Positions 51,492 to 62,269 of a stretch of 64,000 bases of DNA are shown here, piece after piece; positions within the stretch are counted from its first letter, which is position 1, and every line of letters begins with the position of its first letter. The stretch comes from Escherichia phage wV7, in sequence record NC_019505.1. One strand, given 5' to 3'. The position numbers and the translations under genes are program-made. Under the pieces are notes generated by a model, which ran no database searches, was not told the origin of the DNA, and worked only from the letters and a program-made list of their open reading frames with translations.

Positions 51492-54400
51492 ATGGCCGAG
51501 ATTAAAAGAAAGTTCAGAGCAGAAGACGGTCTGGACGCAGGTGGTGATAAAATAATCAACGTAGCTTTAGCTGATCGTACCGTAGGAACTGACGGTGTAA
51601 ACGTTGATTACTTAATTCAAGAAAACACAGTTCAACAATATGATCCAACTCGTGGATATTTAAAAGATTTTGTAATCATTTATGATAACCGCTTTTGGGC
51701 TGCTATAAATGATATTCCAAAACCAGCAGGAGCTTTTAATAGCGTACGATGGAGAGCGTTACGCACTGATGCAAACTGGACAACTGTTTCGTCAGGACCC
51801 TATCAATTAAAATCAGGCGAATCGATTTCAGTTAACACCGCAGCGGGTAATGACATTACATTTACTTTGCCATCTTCTCCAATTGATGGTGATACTATCG
51901 TTCTCCAAGATATTGGAGGAAAACCTGGAGTTAACCAGGTTTTAATTACAGCTCCGGTACAAAGCATTGTAAACTTTAGAGGTCAACAAGTACGCTCAGT
52001 ACTAATGACTCATCCAAAATCACAGATAGTTTTAATTTTTAGTAATCGTCTGTGGCAAATGTATGTTGCTGATTATAGCAGAGAAGCGGCAGTTGTAACA
52101 CCGGCAAGTCTTTATCAAGCGCAATCAAACGATTTTATCGTGCGTAGATTTACTTCTGCTTCAGCAATTAATATTAAACTTCCTAGATTTGCTAATCATG
52201 GGGATATTATTAATTTTGTTGATTTAGATAAATTAAATCCGTTATATCATACTATCGTTACTACATACGATGAAACTACTTCTGTACAAGAAGTTGGAAC
52301 TCATTCCATTGAAGGTCGTACATCTATTGATGGTTTCTTGATGTTTGATGATAATGAGAAATTGTGGAGATTGTTTGACGGGGATAGTAAAGCACGTTTA
52401 CGCATTATAACGACTAATTCTAATATTCGTCCAAATGAAGAAGTCATGGTATTTGGCGCGAATAATGGAACAACCCAAACAATTGAACTTCAGCTTCCAA
52501 CTGATATTTCTATCGGTGATACTGTTAAGATTTCCATGAATTATATGAGAAAAGGACAAACAGTTAAAATCAAAGCTGCCGGTGAAGATAAAATTGCTTC
52601 TTCAGTTCAATTGCTGCAATTTCCAAAACGTTCAGAATACCCACCTGAAACTAAATGGGTGACTGTTCAAGAATTAGTTTTTAATGGCGAAACCAATTAT
52701 GTTCCAGTTTTACAGCTTGCTTATATCGAAGATTCTGACGGAAAATATTGGGTTGTACAGCAAAACGTTCCAACTGTAGAAAGAGTAGACTCTTTAAATA
52801 ATTCTACTAGAGCAAGATTAGGGGTAATTGCTTTAGCTACACAAGCTCAAGCTAATGCTGATTTAGAAAATTCTCCACAAAAAGAATTGGCAATTACTCC
52901 AGAAACGTTAGCTAATCGTACTGCTACAGAAACTCGTAGAGGTATTGCAAGAATAGCAACTACTGCTCAAGTTAACCAGGATACTACATTCTCTTTTGCT
53001 GATGATATTATCATCACTCCTAAAAAGCTGAATGAAAGAACAGCTACTGAAACTCGTAGGGGTGTCGCTGAAATTGCTACGCAACAGGAAACTAATACAG
53101 GTACTGATGATACGACAATCATCACTCCTAAAAAGCTTCAAGCTCGCCAAGGTTCTGAATCATTATCTGGTATTGTAACTTTTGTATCTACTGCAGGTGC
53201 TACTCCAGCTTCTAGCCGTGAATTAAATGGTACGAATGTTTATAATAAAAACACTAATAATTTAGTTGTTTCACCTAAAGCTTTGGATCAGTATAAAGCT
53301 ACTCCAACACAGCAAGGTGCAGTAATTTTAGCAGTTGAAAGTGAAGTAATTGCTGGTCAAAGTCAAGAAGGATGGGCAAATGCTGTTGTAACTCCAGAAA
53401 CGTTACACAAAAAGACATCAACTGATGGAAGAATTGGATTAATTGAAATTGCTACGCAAAGTGAAGTTAATACAGGAACTGATTATACTCGTGCAGTCAC
53501 TCCTAAAACTTTAAATGACCGTAGAGCAACTGAAAGTTTAAGTGGTATAGCTGAAATTGCTACACAAGTTGAATTCGACGCGGGCGTCGACGATACTCGT
53601 ATCTCTACACCATTAAAAATTAAAACCAGATTTAATAGTACTGATCGTACTTCTGTTGTTGCTCTATCTGGATTAGTTGAATCAGGAACTCTCTGGGACC
53701 ATTATACCCTTAATATTCTTGAAGCAAACGAGACACAACGTGGTACACTTCGTGTAGCTACACAAGTCGAAGCTGCTGCAGGAACATTAGATAATGTTTT
53801 AATAACTCCTAAAAAGCTTTTAGGTACTAAATCTACTGAAGCGCAAGAAGGTGTTATTAAAGTTGCAACACAAACCGAAACTGTTGCTGGTACATCATCT
53901 AATACTGCTGTATCTCCAAAGAATTTAAAATGGATCGTGCAGAGTGAACCTACTTGGGCAGCTACTACTACAGTAAGAGGCTTTGTTAAAACTTCATCTG
54001 GTTCAATTACATTCGTTGGTAATGATACAGCCGGTTCTACTCAGGACTTAGAGCTATACGAGAAAAATAGCTATGCAGTATCACCATACGAATTAAACCG
54101 TGTATTAGCAAATTATTTGCCATTAAAAGCAAAAGCTGCAGATAGTAATTTATTGGATGGTCTAGATTCATCTCAGTTCATTCGTAGGGATATTGCACAG
54201 ACGGTTAATGGTTCACTAACCTTAACCCAACAAACGAATCTGAGTGCCCCTCTTGTATCATCTAGTACTGCTACGTTTGGTGGATCAGTTTCGGCAAATA
54301 GTACATTAACTATTTCTAATACTGGAACGGCAACTCGTCTGATTTTTGAGAAAGGACCTCAAACTGGAACAAACCCAGCCCAAACGATGACTGTTAGAGT

Positions 54401-55361
54401 GTGGGGAAATCAATTTAGTGGGGAATTAGATACAACACGTTCTACCGTATTTGAAGTTAGTGATGAAACATCTAGTCATTTTTATTCTCAGCGCAATAAA
54501 GCTGGAAATATAACATTTAATATCAACGGTACAGTAACACCTATAAATGTTAATGCTTCAGGAACATTGAATGCAAATGGTGTAGCAACATTTGGTAATT
54601 CAGTCACTGCAACTGGTGAAATTATTTCTCGAAGCGCAAATGCTTTCCGTGCTATTAACGGAAATTACGGTTTCATTGTTCGCAATGATGGATCAGTAAC
54701 GAATTTTATGCTTACTGCATCGGGTGATCAGACTGGTGGATTTAATGGATTACGCCCATTAGCTATTAATAATGCATCTGGCCAAGTAACGATTGGTGAA
54801 AGCTTAATCATTGCCAAAGGTGCTACTATAAATTCAGGTGGTTTGACTGTTAACTCGAGAATTCGTTCTCAAGGTACTAAAACATCTGACTTATATACAC
54901 GTGCGCCAACATCTGATACTGTAGGATTCTGGTCAATTGATATTAACGATTCAGCTACTTATAACCAGTTCCCAGGTTATTTTAAAATGGTTGAAAAAAC
55001 TAATGAAGTGACTGGTCTTCCATATTTAGAACGTGGCGAAGAAGTTAAATCTCCTGGTACACTGACTCAGTTTGGTAACACACTTGATTCGCTTTACCAA
55101 GATTGGATTACTTATCCAACGACACCAGAAGCGCGTACCACTCGCTGGACACGTACATGGCAGAAAACCAAAAACTCTTGGTCAAGTTTTGTTCAGGTAT
55201 TTGATGGAGGTAACCCTCCTCAGCCATCTGATATTGGTGCTTTACCATCTGATAATGCTATAATGGGGAATCTTACTATTCGTGATTTCTTACGAATTGG
55301 TAATGTTCGCATTATTCCTGACCCAGTGAATAAAACTGTTAAATTTGAATGGGTTGAATAA
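51492..55361 (+). CDS. 34: Long tail fibre proximal subunit gp34 (1289 aa)
   Basis: Length 1289 aa as T4 gp34; internal fibre repeats. Confidence 0.95.
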   Translation: MAEIKRKFRAEDGLDAGGDKIINVALADRTVGTDGVNVDYLIQENTVQQYDPTRGYLKDFVIIYDNRFWAAINDIPKPAGAFNSVRWRALRTDANWTTVSSGPYQLKSGESISVNTAAGNDITFTLPSSPIDGDTIVLQDIGGKPGVNQVLITAPVQSIVNFRGQQVRSVLMTHPKSQIVLIFSNRLWQMYVADYSREAAVVTPASLYQAQSNDFIVRRFTSASAINIKLPRFANHGDIINFVDLDKLNPLYHTIVTTYDETTSVQEVGTHSIEGRTSIDGFLMFDDNEKLWRLFDGDSKARLRIITTNSNIRPNEEVMVFGANNGTTQTIELQLPTDISIGDTVKISMNYMRKGQTVKIKAAGEDKIASSVQLLQFPKRSEYPPETKWVTVQELVFNGETNYVPVLQLAYIEDSDGKYWVVQQNVPTVERVDSLNNSTRARLGVIALATQAQANADLENSPQKELAITPETLANRTATETRRGIARIATTAQVNQDTTFSFADDIIITPKKLNERTATETRRGVAEIATQQETNTGTDDTTIITPKKLQARQGSESLSGIVTFVSTAGATPASSRELNGTNVYNKNTNNLVVSPKALDQYKATPTQQGAVILAVESEVIAGQSQEGWANAVVTPETLHKKTSTDGRIGLIEIATQSEVNTGTDYTRAVTPKTLNDRRATESLSGIAEIATQVEFDAGVDDTRISTPLKIKTRFNSTDRTSVVALSGLVESGTLWDHYTLNILEANETQRGTLRVATQVEAAAGTLDNVLITPKKLLGTKSTEAQEGVIKVATQTETVAGTSSNTAVSPKNLKWIVQSEPTWAATTTVRGFVKTSSGSITFVGNDTAGSTQDLELYEKNSYAVSPYELNRVLANYLPLKAKAADSNLLDGLDSSQFIRRDIAQTVNGSLTLTQQTNLSAPLVSSSTATFGGSVSANSTLTISNTGTATRLIFEKGPQTGTNPAQTMTVRVWGNQFSGELDTTRSTVFEVSDETSSHFYSQRNKAGNITFNINGTVTPINVNASGTLNANGVATFGNSVTATGEIISRSANAFRAINGNYGFIVRNDGSVTNFMLTASGDQTGGFNGLRPLAINNASGQVTIGESLIIAKGATINSGGLTVNSRIRSQGTKTSDLYTRAPTSDTVGFWSIDINDSATYNQFPGYFKMVEKTNEVTGLPYLERGEEVKSPGTLTQFGNTLDSLYQDWITYPTTPEARTTRWTRTWQKTKNSWSSFVQVFDGGNPPQPSDIGALPSDNAIMGNLTIRDFLRIGNVRIIPDPVNKTVKFEWVE
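52810..53940 (+). repeat. Array of degenerate ~35-40-aa fibre repeats within gene 34
   Basis: Repeated motif T-E-T-R-R-G-(V/I)-A-x-I-A-T ... (I/V)-T-P-K-K-L at least 6 times; nucleotide repeats of ATCACTCCTAAAAAGCT. Confidence 0.7.
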
Positions 55362-55369
55362 GAGGTATT

Positions 55370-56485
55370 ATGGAAAAATTTATGGCAAAGTTTGGACAAG
55401 GATATGTCCAAACGCCATTTTTATCGGAAAGTAATTCAGTAAGATATAAAATAAGTATAGCGGGTTCTTGCCCGCTTTCTACAGCAGGACCATATGTCAA
55501 ATTTCAGGATAATCCTATCGGAAGTCAAACATTTAACGCAGGTCTTCATTTAAGAGTTTTTGACCCTTCTACAGGAGCATTGGTTGATAGTAAGTCATAT
55601 GTTTTTTCTACTTCAAATGATACAACATCTGCTGCTTTTGTTAGTTTCATGAACTCTTTGACGAATAATAGACTTGTTGCTATATTAACTAGCGGAAAGG
55701 TTAATTTTCCTCCTGAGGTAGTATCTTGGCTAAGAGTTGCGGGAACGTCTGCTTTTCCATCTGATTCTATATTGTCAAGATTTGACGTATCATATGCTGC
55801 CTTTTATACTTCTTCTAAAAGAGCTATTGCATTAGAACATGTTAAACTGAGTAATAGAAAAAGCACAGATGATTATCAAACTATTTTAGATGTTGTATTT
55901 GACAGTTTAGAAGACGTTGGAGCTACCGGGTTTCCAAGAAGAACATATGAAAGCGTTGAGCAGTTTATGTCAGCGGTTGGTGGAACTAATAACGAAATTG
56001 CACGTCTACCAACTTCATCCGCGATAAGTAAACTTTCTGACTACAATTTAATTCCTGGCGATGTTCTTTATCTTAAAGCACAACTATATGCTGATGCCGA
56101 TTTACTTGCTCTTGGAACTACAAATATATCCATCCGTTTTTATGATGAATCGGATGGATATATTTCTTCAACACATGCTGAGTTTACTGGACAAGCTGAG
56201 TCATGGGAATTAAAGGAAGACTATGTAGTTGTTCCTGAAAATGCAGTAGGATTTACGATATATGCACAAAGAACTGCACAAGCAGGTCAAGGTGGCATGA
56301 GGAATTTAAGTTTTTCTGAAGTATCAAGAAATGGCGGAATTTCAAAACCTGCAGAATTTGGCGTCAATGGTATTCGAGTTAATTATGTCTGTGAATCTGC
56401 TTCACCTCCAGATATAATGGTATTTCCTACACAAGCATCGTCTAAAACTGGTAAAGTGTTTGGACAAGAATTTAGAGAAGTTTAA
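55370..56485 (+). CDS. 35: Long tail fibre hinge protein gp35 (371 aa)
   Basis: AGAGG SD then ATG; length as T4 gp35. Confidence 0.85.
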   Translation: MEKFMAKFGQGYVQTPFLSESNSVRYKISIAGSCPLSTAGPYVKFQDNPIGSQTFNAGLHLRVFDPSTGALVDSKSYVFSTSNDTTSAAFVSFMNSLTNNRLVAILTSGKVNFPPEVVSWLRVAGTSAFPSDSILSRFDVSYAAFYTSSKRAIALEHVKLSNRKSTDDYQTILDVVFDSLEDVGATGFPRRTYESVEQFMSAVGGTNNEIARLPTSSAISKLSDYNLIPGDVLYLKAQLYADADLLALGTTNISIRFYDESDGYISSTHAEFTGQAESWELKEDYVVVPENAVGFTIYAQRTAQAGQGGMRNLSFSEVSRNGGISKPAEFGVNGIRVNYVCESASPPDIMVFPTQASSKTGKVFGQEFREV

Positions 56486-56490
56486 ATTGA

Positions 56491-56518
56491 GGGAGCCTTC
56501 GGGTTCCCTTTTTCTTTA
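56491..56518 (+). terminator. Rho-independent terminator after gene 35
   Basis: GGGAGCC-TTCG-GGTTCCC hairpin followed by TTTTTCTTTAT. Confidence 0.65.
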
Positions 56519-56524
56519 TAAATA
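56517..56524 (+). promoter_or_regulatory. T4 late promoter box TATAAATA upstream of gene 36
   Basis: Exact TATAAATA 24 nt upstream of gene 36 ATG. Confidence 0.5.
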
Positions 56525-56547
56525 CTATTAAAATAAAGGGGCATACA

Positions 56548-57204
56548 ATGGCTGATTTAAAAGTAGGTTCAACAACCGGAGGCTCTGTCATTTGGCATCA
56601 AGGAAATTTTCCATTGAATCCAGCCGGTGACGATGTACTCTATAAATCATTTAAAATATATTCAGAATATAATAAACCACAAGCTGCTGATAACGATTTC
56701 GTTTCTAAAGCTAATGGCGGTACTTATTTAAATAAAGTAATTTTTAATAAAGGAATGACTGTTCCTGGCGCAGGGTCAGGTGATAATGGTATTTTTGCTG
56801 GTCCTGGTGATAGTGCCACGTATGATACTACAAATATGGATATTGTTTCGTGGTATGGTATTGGTTTTAAATCATCACAAGGAACAGCAGGTAGAACTGT
56901 AGTAATTAACACACGAAATGGAGATATTAGCTCAAAGGGCGTAATTGAAGCATCACAAATCCGTGTAACTTCGTTATCACCAGTAAATAATTATGACCTT
57001 ACGCGGAAAGATTATGTTGATGGAGCAATAAATATTGTTACAGCAAACGCAAACTCTAGGGTATTACGCTCTGGAGACACTATGACAGGAAATTTAACTG
57101 CGCCAAACCTTTTTTCACAGAATCCTGCATCTCAACCCTCGCATGTTCCACGATTTGACCAAATTGTTATTAAGGATTCTGTTCAAGATTTCGGCTATTA
57201 TTAA
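56548..57204 (+). CDS. 36: Long tail fibre distal connector gp36 (218 aa)
   Basis: Length and position as T4 gp36. Confidence 0.85.
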   Translation: MADLKVGSTTGGSVIWHQGNFPLNPAGDDVLYKSFKIYSEYNKPQAADNDFVSKANGGTYLNKVIFNKGMTVPGAGSGDNGIFAGPGDSATYDTTNMDIVSWYGIGFKSSQGTAGRTVVINTRNGDISSKGVIEASQIRVTSLSPVNNYDLTRKDYVDGAINIVTANANSRVLRSGDTMTGNLTAPNLFSQNPASQPSHVPRFDQIVIKDSVQDFGYY

Positions 57205-57212
57205 GAGGACTT

Positions 57213-60200
57213 ATGGCTACTTTAAAACAAATACAATTTAAAAGAAGCAAAACTGCAGGAGCACGTCCTGCCGCTTCAGTATTAGCCGAAGGTGAATTGG
57301 CTATAAACTTAAAAGACCGTGTACTTTTTACTAAAGATGACCAAGGAAATATTATTGATCTGGGTTTTGCTAAAGGCGGTAGTATTGACGGGAATGTTAT
57401 TCATACAGGCAATTATAACCAAACTGGCGATTATACTTTAAATGGCACATTCACTCAGACAGGTAATTTTAATTTAACTGGTATTGCTCGAGTAACTCGT
57501 GATATTATTGCCGCCGGGCAGATTATGACTGAAGGCGGAGAACTTATTACAAAAAGTTCAGGTACAGCGCATGTTCGTTTTTTCGATGGCAATAGTCGCG
57601 AACGTGGAATCATTTATGCCCCGGCTAATGATGGTTTAACTACACAAGTACTTAATATCAGGGTTCAAGACTACGCCGCTGGTAGCGAAAGCACTTATGC
57701 ATTTTCAGGCAGTGGCCTATTTACTTCACCTGAAGTATCAGCATGGAAATCTATTTCGTCTCCACAAATTCTGACCGATAAAGTTATTACAAATGGGAAG
57801 AAGACAGGCGATTATGACATCTATTCATTAGCAAATAACACCCCATTATCTGAAAGCACTACTGCTATTAATCATCTTCGTGTCATGCGTAATGCCGTTG
57901 GTTCTGGTATTTTCCATGAAGTTAAAGATAATGATGGGATAACCTGGTATGCCGGTGACGGGTTGGAGGCTTATCTTTGGTCGTTTACGTGGTCCGGTGG
58001 GTTGAAAGCGGGTCATTCTATTTCTATAGGTACCCCAGGCGGTCCAAAAGGATATTCTGAATTAGGAACTGCTTCGATTGCTCTTGGTGATAATGACACC
58101 GGGTTAAAATGGCACCATGATGGATATTATTTCAGCGTCAATAATGGAACGAAAACATTTTTATTTAGTCCTAGCGAAACAACTAGCCTAAGAAAATTTG
58201 TAGCTGGATATTCTACTAACGGAACCGATTTAACTACTCCTCCGACTGAAAACTATGCTCTTGCTACTGTCGTGACATATCACGATAATAACGCGTTTGG
58301 AGATGGTCAAACTCTTTTAGGATATTATCAAGGCGGTAACTATCATCACTATTTCCGCGGTAAGGGTACCACAAACATTAATACTCATGGCGGTTTGTTA
58401 GTTACTCCAGGTAATATTGACGTTATTGGTGGTTCTGTTAATATCGATGGTAGAAATAATTCTTCTACACTGATGTTTAGAGGTAACACAACTGGTAGTA
58501 GTTCAGTTGATAATATGACAATTTCCGTTTGGGGCAATACGTTTACTAATCCTAGTGAAGGTACCCGTAAAAATGTTATGGAAATTTCTGATGCAACTAG
58601 CTGGATGAGCTATATTCAACGAACAACTGCAGGTAAAGTTGAATCGGTTATAAATGGCACCCAGATTGTTAATGAAAACTTGACCGTAGTAAAAAATGCT
58701 ACATTTGATGGTACAATCAGCGCAGCAGGTGAAATTTCATCTGGTGCAGTGAATGCGCTTCGCATTTGGAACGCAGATTATGGAGCCATTTTTAGACGTT
58801 CAGAAGGTAGTCTTCATATTATTCCAACTGCTTATGGTGAAGGCAAAAATGGTGATATCGGTCCACTTCGCCCGTTTAGTATGGCTTTAGATACTGGTAA
58901 AGTTACTATTCCAGATTTACAATCAAGTTACAATACGTTTGCTGCTAACGGTTATATTAAATTTGTTGGTCATGGAGCGGGTGCAGGTGGTTATGATATT
59001 CAGTATTCACAAGCTGCTCCTATTTTCCAAGAAATCGATGATGCTGCTGTAAGCAAATATTATCCTATTGTTAAACAGAAGTTTTTAAATGGTAAAGCTG
59101 TCTGGTCTTTGGGTACTGAAATTAATTCAGGTACATTTGTTTTACATCATTTGAAAGAAGATGGTTCACAAGGCCATACATCAAGATTTAATGCTGATGG
59201 TACAGTTAATTTCCCCGATAATGTTCAAGTCGGCGGCGGTGAAGCTACTATTGCTAGAAACGGTAATATCTTCTCTGATATTTGGAAAACATTTACTTCT
59301 GCCGGAGATACTACAAATATTCACGATGCGATAGCTACTCGTGTTGCCAAAGAAGGCGATACGATGACTGGCAAATTAATCGTTAGAAGAGGCTCTGACG
59401 CTATTAACATTGCTGCCGATGAAAATGATTCTTGCTATTTACTTGGAACATCGGGTGGAGCGAATTCATGGTACATCGGTAAAGGAGGAGCAGATGACAC
59501 TGCTTCATTTTATAATTTCAAAACTACCGCAGGAATTACTCTTAATAGTGTTGGTGATATTGATTTTAACGTCAAAAATCAAGCTACTGCAGCTTCATTA
59601 AATTTTTATCGTTTATATTTAAATGGAAGACAATGGACAGCTACACAAGGTCACGGCTATAATAATCAATGGCAAACAGAAGCCCCATTCTTCGTTGACT
59701 TTGGTGAATCTGTTCCGAAAGATAGTTATATGCCTATAATTAAAGGAAGAAGCCAAATCATTAACGAAGGATATGCCACAAAGGCAGATTTTGGTATTAT
59801 TCGATTGGGTGGAAATGCTACTTGGGGAAATGCAGTAATTCGTGTTGGTTCTGCGGAAAGCGGAGATAGCAGTCATCCTAATGCAATATTTGTGTTTCAG
59901 GCTAATGGTGATTTTAAAGCTCCGGTTGGCCTTCGTGCTGGTGTTAACTTGGGCGTCGGCACAATTCCAGTATGGGGCGGAGCATCTATCGCCATCGGGG
60001 ATGATGATACCGGTTTAGTTCATGGCGGCGATGGTCGAATTAATATGTATGCTAACTCGCAGCATATAGCATCATGGGGCACGATGTATCAATCTCATCC
60101 AGGCCTTTGGGATTCAAATGGAGCTTTTTGGACAGAAGTTGGCAAAGCAATTATTTCTCATGGCCATTTAGTTCAGGCGAATGACAGCTATTCAACGTAT

Positions 60201-60557
60201 GTCCGCGATGTTTATGTCCGCTCTGATATTCGTGTTAAAAAGGACCTAGTTAAATTTGAAAATGCTTCTGAGAAGCTTTCAAAAATTAATGGTTACACTT
60301 ATATGCAGAAGCGAGGCCTAGATGAAGAAGGTAATCAGAAATGGGAACCAAACGCTGGGTTAATTGCTCAAGAAGTTCAAGCTATTTTACCTGAATTGGT
60401 TGAAGGCGATCAGGATAGTGAAGCTTTACTTCGTTTGAACTATAACGGTGTAATTGGTTTAAATACAGCTGCAATCAATGAGCATACTGCAGAAATTGCA
60501 GAACTTAAGTCAGAGATTGAAGAGCTTAAAAAATTAGTTAAATCATTGTTAAAATAA
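57213..60557 (+). CDS. 37: Long tail fibre distal subunit gp37 (1114 aa) with C-terminal intramolecular-chaperone domain
   Basis: Conserved N-terminal region [22 protein letters not shown]...; C-terminal ~110 aa has an S-D-I-R-V-K-K motif and coiled-coil tail typical of self-cleaving S74-type chaperone domains. Confidence 0.9.
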   Translation: MATLKQIQFKRSKTAGARPAASVLAEGELAINLKDRVLFTKDDQGNIIDLGFAKGGSIDGNVIHTGNYNQTGDYTLNGTFTQTGNFNLTGIARVTRDIIAAGQIMTEGGELITKSSGTAHVRFFDGNSRERGIIYAPANDGLTTQVLNIRVQDYAAGSESTYAFSGSGLFTSPEVSAWKSISSPQILTDKVITNGKKTGDYDIYSLANNTPLSESTTAINHLRVMRNAVGSGIFHEVKDNDGITWYAGDGLEAYLWSFTWSGGLKAGHSISIGTPGGPKGYSELGTASIALGDNDTGLKWHHDGYYFSVNNGTKTFLFSPSETTSLRKFVAGYSTNGTDLTTPPTENYALATVVTYHDNNAFGDGQTLLGYYQGGNYHHYFRGKGTTNINTHGGLLVTPGNIDVIGGSVNIDGRNNSSTLMFRGNTTGSSSVDNMTISVWGNTFTNPSEGTRKNVMEISDATSWMSYIQRTTAGKVESVINGTQIVNENLTVVKNATFDGTISAAGEISSGAVNALRIWNADYGAIFRRSEGSLHIIPTAYGEGKNGDIGPLRPFSMALDTGKVTIPDLQSSYNTFAANGYIKFVGHGAGAGGYDIQYSQAAPIFQEIDDAAVSKYYPIVKQKFLNGKAVWSLGTEINSGTFVLHHLKEDGSQGHTSRFNADGTVNFPDNVQVGGGEATIARNGNIFSDIWKTFTSAGDTTNIHDAIATRVAKEGDTMTGKLIVRRGSDAINIAADENDSCYLLGTSGGANSWYIGKGGADDTASFYNFKTTAGITLNSVGDIDFNVKNQATAASLNFYRLYLNGRQWTATQGHGYNNQWQTEAPFFVDFGESVPKDSYMPIIKGRSQIINEGYATKADFGIIRLGGNATWGNAVIRVGSAESGDSSHPNAIFVFQANGDFKAPVGLRAGVNLGVGTIPVWGGASIAIGDDDTGLVHGGDGRINMYANSQHIASWGTMYQSHPGLWDSNGAFWTEVGKAIISHGHLVQANDSYSTYVRDVYVRSDIRVKKDLVKFENASEKLSKINGYTYMQKRGLDEEGNQKWEPNAGLIAQEVQAILPELVEGDQDSEALLRLNYNGVIGLNTAAINEHTAEIAELKSEIEELKKLVKSLLK

Positions 60558-60562
60558 AATGA

Positions 60563-60576
60563 GGGGCTTCGGCCCC
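60563..60576 (+). other. C(UUCG)G hairpin between genes 37 and 38
   Basis: GGGGC-TTCG-GCCCC immediately upstream of the gp38 GGAGG SD. Confidence 0.5.
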
Positions 60577-60588
60577 TTGGAGGTTTAT

Positions 60589-61383
60589 ATGGCAGTTGAA
60601 GGACCGTGGGTAGGATGGTCTGCGAGGGTACAAACTGGAGACCCTTGGATGGGTGGTGCCGCGCTGAGATTGAGAATGGGAATTCCGTTTTGGATGAGTA
60701 ATATGATAGGTCGATCTGTTGAAGTAATTCACACCCTTGGAGCGGACCATAACTTCAATGGTCAATGGTTCCGAGATAGATGTTTTGAGGCAGGTAGTGC
60801 ACCTATAGTGTTTAATATTACCGGAAATTTGGTATCATATTCTAGAGACGTTCCTTTATTCTTCATGTACGGAGATACACCTAATGAATATGTTCAGTTG
60901 AATATTGGTGGCGGCGTCCATATGTGGGGTAGAGGTGGACAAGGTGGATGGACTCATTCCGGCGGAGATGGTAATGGTCAACAAGGTGGTCATTGTATTC
61001 AAAATGACATCGGTGGACGATTAAGAATTAATAACGGTGGAGTAATTTGTGGTGGAGGTGGAGGTGGAGGTGGTATCGCTTATCGTCCTCACTCTGGTGC
61101 AAAATGGCAAGATATTGGTGGTGGTGGAGGAAGACCATTTGGCCCAGGAGGAGGCGGAGGTTATTCCGGCGGCGCAGCTTCTTATGATGGCCCAGGAGGT
61201 GGTTATAATTATGGTAATGCTCACTCTGGCCAGGGTGGTGATGCTGGCGCAAATGGACAAAATGCCTGGCATGATGGCGGTAAAGTTCTAAAAGTTGGAG
61301 CTGGTGGCGCTGCCGGATATGCTGTTATAGGATCAGCTCCAACATGGCAAAATGTTGGAGTAATATATGGTCCAAGGGTATAA
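60589..61383 (+). CDS. 38: gp38 receptor-recognising adhesin, T2-type with glycine-rich motifs (264 aa)
   Basis: ATG at 60589 is preceded by GGAGG; the ORF-track ATG at 60559 overlaps the hairpin and lacks SD. Runs of GGGGGGGG and GPGGGGG separate variable segments. Confidence 0.85.
   Translation: MAVEGPWVGWSARVQTGDPWMGGAALRLRMGIPFWMSNMIGRSVEVIHTLGADHNFNGQWFRDRCFEAGSAPIVFNITGNLVSYSRDVPLFFMYGDTPNEYVQLNIGGGVHMWGRGGQGGWTHSGGDGNGQQGGHCIQNDIGGRLRINNGGVICGGGGGGGGIAYRPHSGAKWQDIGGGGGRPFGPGGGGGYSGGAASYDGPGGGYNYGNAHSGQGGDAGANGQNAWHDGGKVLKVGAGGAAGYAVIGSAPTWQNVGVIYGPRV
61051..61270 (+). repeat. Glycine-codon microsatellite-like repeats (GGTGGA)n inside gene 38
   Basis: ggtggaggtggaggtggaggtggt at 61051-61074 and further GGN runs; produces spurious overlapping ORFs in other frames. 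Confidence 0.7.
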
Positions 61384-61414
61384 TTTTGAATAAATATCCT
61401 TAAAAGGAGGGTCT

Positions 61415-62077
61415 ATGGCAGCACCTAGAATATCATTTTCGCCCTCTGATATTCTATTTGGTGTTCTAGATCGCTTGTTCAAAGATAACGCTACCGGGAA
61501 AGTTCTTGCTTCCCGGGTAGCTGTCGTAATTCTTTTATTTATGATGGCGATTGTTTGGTATAGGGGAGATAGTTTCTTTGAGTACTATAAGCAATCAAAG
61601 TATGAAACATACAGTGAAATTATTGAAAAGGAAAGAAACGCACGCTTTGAATCTGTCGCCCTGGAACAACTCCAGATAGTTCACATATCATCTGAGGCAG
61701 ACTTTAGTGCGGTGTATTCTTTCCGCCCTAAAAACTTAAACTATTTTGTTGATATTATAGCATATGAAGGAAAATTACCTTCAACAATAAGTGAAAAATC
61801 ACTTGGAGGATATCCTGTTGATAAAACTATGGATGAATATACAGTTCATTTAAATGGACGTCATTATTATTCCAACTCAAAATTTGCTTTTTTACCAACT
61901 AAAAAGCCTACTCCCGAAATAAACTACATGTACAGTTGTCCATATTTTAATTTGGATAACATCTATGCTGGAACAATAACCATGTACTGGTATAGAAATG
62001 ATCATATAAGTAATGACCGCCTTGAATCAATATGTTCTCAATTCGTCGATGAGGGTTTTCTTATCTTCTTGGGTTAA
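61415..62077 (+). CDS. t: Holin T (220 aa)
   Basis: GGAGG SD; single N-terminal TM segment (VAVVILLFMMAIVWY) then large periplasmic domain; matches T4 T organisation. Confidence 0.85.
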   Translation: MAAPRISFSPSDILFGVLDRLFKDNATGKVLASRVAVVILLFMMAIVWYRGDSFFEYYKQSKYETYSEIIEKERNARFESVALEQLQIVHISSEADFSAVYSFRPKNLNYFVDIIAYEGKLPSTISEKSLGGYPVDKTMDEYTVHLNGRHYYSNSKFAFLPTKKPTPEINYMYSCPYFNLDNIYAGTITMYWYRNDHISNDRLESICSQFVDEGFLIFLG

Positions 62078-62257
62078 TTCAGAAACAATTTTACGGAATG
62101 AATTCTGATTTAATTTTCTACCTTCATGCGTTACTCCAATCTCATTCAGAAATGCAATAAAATTAGCACGATTCTCAACAATATCTTCTCTGGAAAATTT
62201 AATCAAAATAGACGCAACAGTAATAATTTCACGAACTGTATCAATATTTTTATTCAT
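62027..62257 (-). CDS. asiA: AsiA anti-sigma70 factor, 76 aa with divergent/short C-terminus
   Basis: First ~72 residues match recalled T4 AsiA (MNKNIDTVREIITVASILIKFSREDIVENRANF...); ends as ...LIDELRTY and overlaps the 3' end of t by 51 nt. Confidence 0.8.
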   Translation of the reverse strand: MNKNIDTVREIITVASILIKFSREDIVENRANFIAFLNEIGVTHEGRKLNQNSFRKIVSELTQEDKKTLIDELRTY

Positions 62258-62269
62258 TAACTATACCAC

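Noticed and set aside
52908-53150. 80-aa minus-strand ORF inside gene 34
   Set aside because: Antisense to the repeat region of gp34; Ser/Cys-rich artefact.
59619-59876. 85-aa minus-strand ORF inside gene 37
   Set aside because: Antisense shadow ORF within the tail-fibre gene.
60559-60588. ORF-track start of gene 38 at ATG 60559
   Set aside because: That ATG overlaps the gp37 stop and sits inside the GGGGC-TTCG-GCCCC hairpin with no SD; ATG 60589 has a GGAGG SD at proper spacing.
61051-61074. Short tandem repeat considered as a possible CRISPR-like array
   Set aside because: It is a coding hexamer microsatellite (Gly codons) without spacers; no CRISPR repeat-spacer architecture anywhere in the window.
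61021-61291. Three overlapping ORFs (both strands) rich in His/Leu or Val/Glu over the gene 38 glycine tract
   Set aside because: Frame artefacts of the (GGTGGA)n coding repeat; gp38 frame is the only one with SD and homology.
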